A stretch of 63,919 nt of DNA, the filler included, from an uncultured bacterium (GTDB taxonomy: Bacteria; Latescibacterota; UBA2968), in assembly GCA_964471275.1 (NCBI GenBank). It is 3 parts of 3 records of this genome, joined end to end, with 100 filler letters (N's around TTAATTAATTAA, not from the genome) between each part and the next. Parts side by side here need not be neighbours in the genome. Positions count along the whole stretch, not along the records: positions 46,767 to 63,919 come from CAYYGZ010000089.1; 2 more parts are not named here. One strand, 5' to 3'. Numbering within the stretch: position 1 is the stretch's first letter; every line of letters starts with the position of its first letter. Below are positions 58,643 to 63,919 of the stretch, piece by piece. Position numbers and translations under genes: made by a program. The notes beneath the pieces were generated by a model. The model did no database searches and had not been told where the DNA came from. It saw only the letters and a program-made list of their open reading frames with translations.

Positions 58643-60748
58643 ATGGCAGAGATGCAAGATTGGGGGCCCCGAACGCTGACCGGCCGAGATGTTCAGCGGA
58701 TCGACGCGATCGACAAGGTAACGGGCAAGGCGAAATACACGTATGACGTGACGCTACCCGGGATGCTGTATGGCCGGATCCTGAGGTCACCGCATCCCCA
58801 TGCCAGGGTTGTTAGCGTCGATCTGAGCCCTGCGCTGGCGCATCCGCAAGTCAAATCGGTCGTGGATTTCGAGAAGAAGACTGTGCGGTACGCGGGTGAG
58901 GAGGTCGCTGCAGTCGCGGCCGAGACTGAGGAGGCAGCAGATGAAGCCATCCGACAGATAGGAGTCCAGTATGAGATCCTGCCCTTCTCTGTGGTAGAGG
59001 AGCAGTCGATGGCTGAGGGAGCACCGGAGATCCATCCTCAGGGCAATGTGGTGATCCCGGAAAGACGACAGCGGGATCGCGGGGATGTTGCCGCCGGGTT
59101 CGCAGAAGCCGCGGCAATTGTCGAGCAGACATACCGGACACAGGTTCAGATGCACAATTCACTCGAGACGCACGGCGCGATGGCGTCTTGGGACGATGAT
59201 CGGCTCACCGTCTACAGCTCGACACAGAGCATCGTGGGGGCGAGGGATGGGCTTGCCAGGTATTTCAAGATCCCAACCTCCCAGGTCCGTGTGCTTACCG
59301 AGCACATGGGGGGGGGCTTTGGCAGCAAGTTCGGCGCAGGCGTGGAGGGGATGTGTGCTGCCAGGTTGTCGAAGGAGGCCGGTGCGCCAGTTCAGTTGAT
59401 GATGACCCGGAAGGAAGAGAATCTTTGTGTCGGAAACAGACCGTCCGCGATCATGAAGTTGAAGATCGGCGCAACCCAGGACGGGAAGTTTACGGCATTC
59501 GAATCGCACACGTATGGTACTGGAGGCATCGGCAGTGTTGGGAATATCCCGCTGCCCTATGCGTTCAACAAGATCCCCAACGTCAAGAGTAGCCTGCACG
59601 ATGTGCATACGAACGCAGGTGGCGCTCGTGCGATGCGCGCTCCCGGACATCCTCAGGCAGCTTTTGCGATGGACATCGTGATGGATGAGCTGGCCTACAA
59701 ACTCAGAATTGACCCCGTTGATATGCGGCTGGCAAACGATTGCCGCAACAAGGCAATCCGAGATGAGCAGCTTCGTATCGGTGCTCGCGAGATCGGTTGG
59801 GAAAGACGGAACAAGATACCGGGTTCCGGTGATGGCCCGGTCAAACACGGAATCGGGTTGGGATGCGGCGAGTGGGGGGGCAGTGGCAGGAAAGGGACTT
59901 TTGCGGAGGTTGTGATCCATCCGGACGGGAGTGTGGATGCCAAGAGCGCGACCCAGGATCTTGGCACGGGTTCACGGACGCTGATTGCCCTGATCGCCGC
60001 CGAGGAGCTGGGTCTCGAGCTCGATCAGGTGCGCGCGTATCTCGGTGATACCAATTATCCGCCGGGGCCTGCCAGCGGAGGTAGCACGACATCCGCCTCG
60101 ACTTCTCCGGCTGTAAAGGCCGCCGCTCGGAAGGCCAAGCGTCAGTTGTTCGAGAAGATCGCCCCGGAAATGGGTGTTGAAGCTTCACAGCTCCGTACAG
60201 AGAACGGGCGTATCGTCGCATCAAGCGGCGAGTCTCTGGGCTGGCACGAGGCAACGTCCCAGCTGGGTGTGCAGCCGATCGTGGTGGTTTCCGAGTTCGA
60301 GGAAGGATTCTCCGGCGTCGGTGTTGCTGGCGTTCACTTCGCCGAAGTCGAGGTAGATACTGAAACGGGCAGGATCCAACCCGTCAAGATCGTGGCGGTA
60401 AACGACTGCGGTCTGGTCGTCAACAAGCTGCTGGCCGAGAGCCAGGTGAACGGTGGCGTGATCGGCAGTATCAGTTACGCACTTCTGGAGGATCGGATGC
60501 TGGATCCCAATATTGGGGTGATGCTGAACGCCGGGCTCGAACCGTACAAGATCGCCGGCGTGATGGAAACGCCCGAAATCGTGCCGATCCTGATGGATAT
60601 GCCAGAAAGGGGCGTGATCGGGCTTGGAGAGCCCGCGTGTATCCCGACCGCGGGTGCGATCGCGAATGCTGTCTACAATGCGATCGGTGTTCCCATTCGT
60701 GAGCTGCCGATGACCCCGGATAAGGTTCTGGCGGCGTTGTCCGCTTGA
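58643..60748 (+). CDS. molybdopterin-binding subunit (PaoC/XdhA-like)
   Basis: GGGFGSK, MRAPG, QDLGTG, GGST, GLGEP. Confidence 0.92.
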   Translation: MAEMQDWGPRTLTGRDVQRIDAIDKVTGKAKYTYDVTLPGMLYGRILRSPHPHARVVSVDLSPALAHPQVKSVVDFEKKTVRYAGEEVAAVAAETEEAADEAIRQIGVQYEILPFSVVEEQSMAEGAPEIHPQGNVVIPERRQRDRGDVAAGFAEAAAIVEQTYRTQVQMHNSLETHGAMASWDDDRLTVYSSTQSIVGARDGLARYFKIPTSQVRVLTEHMGGGFGSKFGAGVEGMCAARLSKEAGAPVQLMMTRKEENLCVGNRPSAIMKLKIGATQDGKFTAFESHTYGTGGIGSVGNIPLPYAFNKIPNVKSSLHDVHTNAGGARAMRAPGHPQAAFAMDIVMDELAYKLRIDPVDMRLANDCRNKAIRDEQLRIGAREIGWERRNKIPGSGDGPVKHGIGLGCGEWGGSGRKGTFAEVVIHPDGSVDAKSATQDLGTGSRTLIALIAAEELGLELDQVRAYLGDTNYPPGPASGGSTTSASTSPAVKAAARKAKRQLFEKIAPEMGVEASQLRTENGRIVASSGESLGWHEATSQLGVQPIVVVSEFEEGFSGVGVAGVHFAEVEVDTETGRIQPVKIVAVNDCGLVVNKLLAESQVNGGVIGSISYALLEDRMLDPNIGVMLNAGLEPYKIAGVMETPEIVPILMDMPERGVIGLGEPACIPTAGAIANAVYNAIGVPIRELPMTPDKVLAALSA

Positions 60749-60764
60749 TCAAGGAGACTGTGAC

Positions 60765-61766
60765 GTGAATCCATTCGAATATGTCATTCCAGAAAAGGTG
60801 GAAGACGTTCCCGGACTCCTCGGTCGCAAGCGAGGACGTAAAGCCGTTATTATGGCAGGTGGGATTGATCTTCTCGGTGAGATGAAGGACAATCTGACGG
60901 CACCCGAGCGACTGGTGAACTTGAAGGCGCTGCCGGAACTGAGATTCCTGAAGCACTCGAACGACGAGGTCCGGATCGGGGCAATGACGACCTTGACCGA
61001 GATCGTGAACGACAAGAAGATCCGTGAAAGATACACCGCATTGGCCGAAGCGGCCGAGTCTGTCGGGTCGCCACAGATCCGGAACGCTGGCACGCTTGGT
61101 GGGAATTTATGCCAGCGCCCACGCTGCCTGTATTACCGTTCGGAAGAATACGAATGCATGAAGAAGGGCGGTTGGCAATGTTTCGCGTATGAGGGCAACA
61201 ACAAGTACAACGCGATCATCGCCGGGGGACCGAGCTACATCGTGCATCCGTCTGACGTGGCACCCGCGCTGATTGCTCTGGGTGCCCGGATCAAGATCCA
61301 CGGTCCGCGCGGCGAACGTGGGATGCCGATATCTGAGTTCTACATGCATCCGGAGGAGCGGCTGGATCACGAGACCATCCTGCGACCTAACGAGGTCCTG
61401 ACCGAAGTGATTATTCCCCGTCCCGGGCCCGGTGTGCGGAGCACCTATCTGAAGTTCAAGGAGAAGGGCACGATGGATTGGGCGCTGTCTGCTGTGGCAG
61501 CCGTCGTGGGAGTCGACGGAAAGACGGTGAGCGATGCGAGTATCGTACTGGGAGGCGTGGCGCCGATGCCCTGGGTCGTGGAGGATGCGCCCGGTCTGCT
61601 GAATGGGAAGCAGGTAGACCCCGAACTGCTCGATACGCTTGCCGATGCGGCCGTAAGAGAGGCCGAGCCGCTGGCGCAGAATGGCTATAAAGTACCGCTG
61701 ACCCGGACGCTCGTTAAGCGCGCTGTTCAGGGCCTGGTTGATGGAAGGAGGTCCAACCGTGGGTGA
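60765..61766 (+). CDS. FAD-binding subunit with 4Fe-4S insert (PaoB-like)
   Basis: AGGIDL, QIRNAGTLGGNLCQRPRC..C..C, HPSD. Confidence 0.92.
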   Translation: MNPFEYVIPEKVEDVPGLLGRKRGRKAVIMAGGIDLLGEMKDNLTAPERLVNLKALPELRFLKHSNDEVRIGAMTTLTEIVNDKKIRERYTALAEAAESVGSPQIRNAGTLGGNLCQRPRCLYYRSEEYECMKKGGWQCFAYEGNNKYNAIIAGGPSYIVHPSDVAPALIALGARIKIHGPRGERGMPISEFYMHPEERLDHETILRPNEVLTEVIIPRPGPGVRSTYLKFKEKGTMDWALSAVAAVVGVDGKTVSDASIVLGGVAPMPWVVEDAPGLLNGKQVDPELLDTLADAAVREAEPLAQNGYKVPLTRTLVKRAVQGLVDGRRSNRG

Positions 61767-61998
61767 GAAACACGCGATGGCCGGGAAACTGCCGACGTTC
61801 TGCACGAACTTGGCGACCAAACGATCCTTTGTTTCGGACCAGCCACCCGCTACGTATCTGGCCGAGGAAACAGCAACTACAGGATACTGGTGCATTCGAA
61901 CAATGGGCCCGATCGGACCTGATGACGGCTATGCCTGTCCGGGTGAATGCGGGCTACATCGGACCTGCTACGAGTCGAACATCAAGCCGGTCCTGTAA
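61759..61998 (+). CDS. small Cys-rich protein
   Basis: GGAGG RBS before GTG; C..YWC..GPDD..C..C..RTCY; start overlaps the FAD subunit gene. Confidence 0.7.
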   Translation: MGEKHAMAGKLPTFCTNLATKRSFVSDQPPATYLAEETATTGYWCIRTMGPIGPDDGYACPGECGLHRTCYESNIKPVL

Positions 61999-62019
61999 AC
62001 CAGATGCCTGAAGATTGTG

Positions 62020-62056
62020 CGGAAGGGCCATGAATCTGGTTCACGGTCCTTTTCCG
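62020..62056 (+). terminator. intrinsic terminator
   Basis: CGGAAGGGCCATGAA/TTCACGGTCCTTTTCCG. Confidence 0.6.
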
Positions 62057-62133
62057 TATGGCTGAATCGGTGTATTGCACCCCGGCGGCGACGGGGCTAC
62101 CTTGGTCTACGCGTTCACCTACTGATCTGAGGG

Positions 62134-62742
62134 ATGCCGATGTCCGTTGATGAAGAATGGGGCGGTATATACGATATCGAGGTCGGCGAGAGCGATGATC
62201 TTGTTCAGGTTCTCTCTCGAGCTAGGCTCTTCGAATCGTTGACGACCGATGAGTTGCACAAGCTGGCGCCGATCATGCATCACCGCGATTTCTTCCCGCG
62301 TGAGGTGATCGTGCGGCAGGGCGCTCCGGGAGCGGGCCTCTATATCATCCTCTCCGGCAGTGCCGACGTGGTGCTGCAGGGATCGAAGGGTGAAGATATC
62401 GTTCTGGCCAATCTGGGTGAGCGTCGTATGTTCGGTGAGATCTCGCTGGTTGACGGCTCCCCACGCACCGCCAGCGTTGTTTCAACGACACGGTCGCACG
62501 TGCTCGGATTCTTCAGGGCCGATTTGCTGGATCTGGTCGAGCATTCCCCCGCGCTCGGGTTCAAAATTCTCTACCGTCTGACCCAACTCCTTCACGAAAA
62601 ATTTTCCGAATCCCTGTCCGATTTCAGAGATCAGGAATGCCTGATCCGGCGTAGCCGTCGTGCGCCGGCCCAGAATGGCGAAGCCAGGACAAACGGGTCG
62701 CTCACCCAGGAGCGTGCTGAGCATGGGAACGTCGCAGGCTAG
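62134..62742 (+). CDS. cyclic nucleotide-binding domain protein
   Basis: LYIILSG, FGEISLVDGSPRTASV. Confidence 0.88.
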   Translation: MPMSVDEEWGGIYDIEVGESDDLVQVLSRARLFESLTTDELHKLAPIMHHRDFFPREVIVRQGAPGAGLYIILSGSADVVLQGSKGEDIVLANLGERRMFGEISLVDGSPRTASVVSTTRSHVLGFFRADLLDLVEHSPALGFKILYRLTQLLHEKFSESLSDFRDQECLIRRSRRAPAQNGEARTNGSLTQERAEHGNVAG

Positions 62743-63031
62743 TTCCTGCGATCCTCTTGCCCAGCCCTATGGGCGACGGATAATCTCAGAACATCGCGAG
62801 TGCGTGCCGCAGCGTGAACCGCGTCATAGTGGTCGACTATAGGATTTGAGAGGCAGGAGAAGAGGGCGGGCACTCGTTGAGTGACCGGCCCTTTTTCGTT
62901 CCTGCAACGTTCCTTCTGCCATTGGTTTGTTGCCGCGGGTTGCTAAATTCCATATTTTAGGGGGGTTGCGCTGGTTAAGACTATCCTTCTCCGAGTCGCG
63001 CCCTGGATCCCCCACAGTATGTTCGGTCTCC

Positions 63032-63598
63032 ATGCCTGAGTCCCCCGAAGAGTATTCTCACGTACACAAAGCTTGGTTTTGCGAAAGATGTGGGGGGCCT
63101 CTGTCCTGGTCGGTGATCGAGGGCAAGCGCCATCAGACCTGTTCAAGCTGTGGATGGGTGGTGTATATCGACCCGAAGGTGGCCGCTGGTGTGATCGTGG
63201 CTCTGAACGGCGAGATCCTGCTGCTCAAGCGGGGTGTTCCCCCTTCGGTCGGGAAGTGGGTGTTCCCGGGGGGGTATGTCGATGCTGGTGAACCGACAGA
63301 AACAGCCGCTGCACGCGAAGCCCTGGAAGAAGTAGGTCTCAAGGTGGAGATCGAGGATCTGGTTGGGGTCTATTCCTACGAGGGGAACCGGGTTATCCTG
63401 GTGGTATAAGCCGGGCACGCGGTGGGTGGCACTTTAAAGGGGAATTTCGAGTGCCTCGATGTGAAGACCTTCCCGCTGGATGAAGTCCCCTGGGAAGCGC
63501 TCGCGTCTGAGAGTACCAGATCAGCGGTAGAAGATTGGTTGAAACGAATCGATACAGAGACAGTCTCTTGGGGTTGGCCACTCACCGTTAGGTGGTAA
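63032..63598 (+). pseudogene. zinc-ribbon NUDIX hydrolase with premature TAA
   Basis: CERCG..CSSCG, GGYVDAGE..AAREALEEVG; TAA at 63407, then in-frame EVPWEALA..TRSAVEDW. Confidence 0.75.
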
Positions 63599-63633
63599 CT
63601 CTAGACCCAAATCCGGAAAGGACGCAGGAGACG

Positions 63634-63919
63634 ATGTTCAAGTCGATAGAGGATGTCGAGACGAAGTTTGGTGAACAGGGCTACATCGCCGATCGAACGC
63701 TGGCGACAACGATCTATCTTGCTGTTGCACTGGGTAAGCCGATCTTTCTCGAAGGCGAGCCGGGTGTCGGCAAGACAGAGGTCGCCAAGGTGATGGCGAA
63801 CATTCTGGGAACCGAACTCATTCGTCTCCAGTGTTACGAGGGTTTGGATGCGAACACGGCGCTCTACGAGTGGAACTACCCGAGGCAAATGCTGGAACTC
63901 AGGTTAGAAGAAGCGCGCG
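63634..63919 (+). CDS. MoxR/CoxD-type AAA+ ATPase (partial, runs off the window)
   Basis: LEGEPGVGKTE, IRLQCYEGLD, ALYEWNYPRQ; AGGAG RBS. Confidence 0.88.
   Translation, partial: MFKSIEDVETKFGEQGYIADRTLATTIYLAVALGKPIFLEGEPGVGKTEVAKVMANILGTELIRLQCYEGLDANTALYEWNYPRQMLELRLEEAR

Noticed and set aside
58643..60748. Aerobic CO dehydrogenase, suggested by nearby coxD
   Set aside because: The active-site loop is MRAPG, not AYRCSFR/AYRGAGR, and the small subunit has a Tat signal.
1..63919. Long antisense or overlapping ORFs (e.g. 6147..7079, 27283..28203, 37031..38017); CRISPR, rRNA, tRNA
   Set aside because: The ORFs are GC-rich shadows of clear genes; no repeat-spacer array or recognisable rRNA/tRNA was seen.

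Overview
GC-rich bacterial sequence. Two secreted proteins carry duplicated DxDGSGxVDFxDFLxFAxxFG dockerin/EF-hand-like repeats, which suggests Candidatus Latescibacterota or a related lineage (inference only). The window is three contigs joined by artificial N44-TTAATTAATTAA-N44 linkers (23479-23578, 46667-46766), so adjacency across those points means nothing. Contig 1 holds two tiny 'GxxID'-tailed proteins, a GT4, rhaB-SMUG1, a sulfatase, an aldo/keto reductase, an IS3 remnant with an HlyD pseudogene, a stand-alone flagellin with long structured 5' and 3' regions, fliL, a Helicase_C_3-WYL protein, a large modular metalloprotease, a phosphoesterase and an IS3 end. Contig 2 holds a tightly coupled envelope-modification operon (ArnT-like GT, alpha/alpha-toroid protein, 58-aa ORF, FrhB-like protein, B12-radical SAM, GT2, methyltransferase, AsnB), nucleotide-sugar genes and housekeeping genes. 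Contig 3 holds lepB, an orphan IorA, NanA-like catabolic genes, a UGA-containing (selenocysteine) peroxiredoxin, a Tat-exported PaoABC-like molybdoenzyme and coxD. The main hidden signal is five intergenic sigma28 (FliA/SigD)-type promoters with exact 15-nt spacers. They lie in front of a small protein, flagellin, the modification operon, a small ORF ahead of the sugar epimerase, and an apparently non-coding ~70-nt sRNA.
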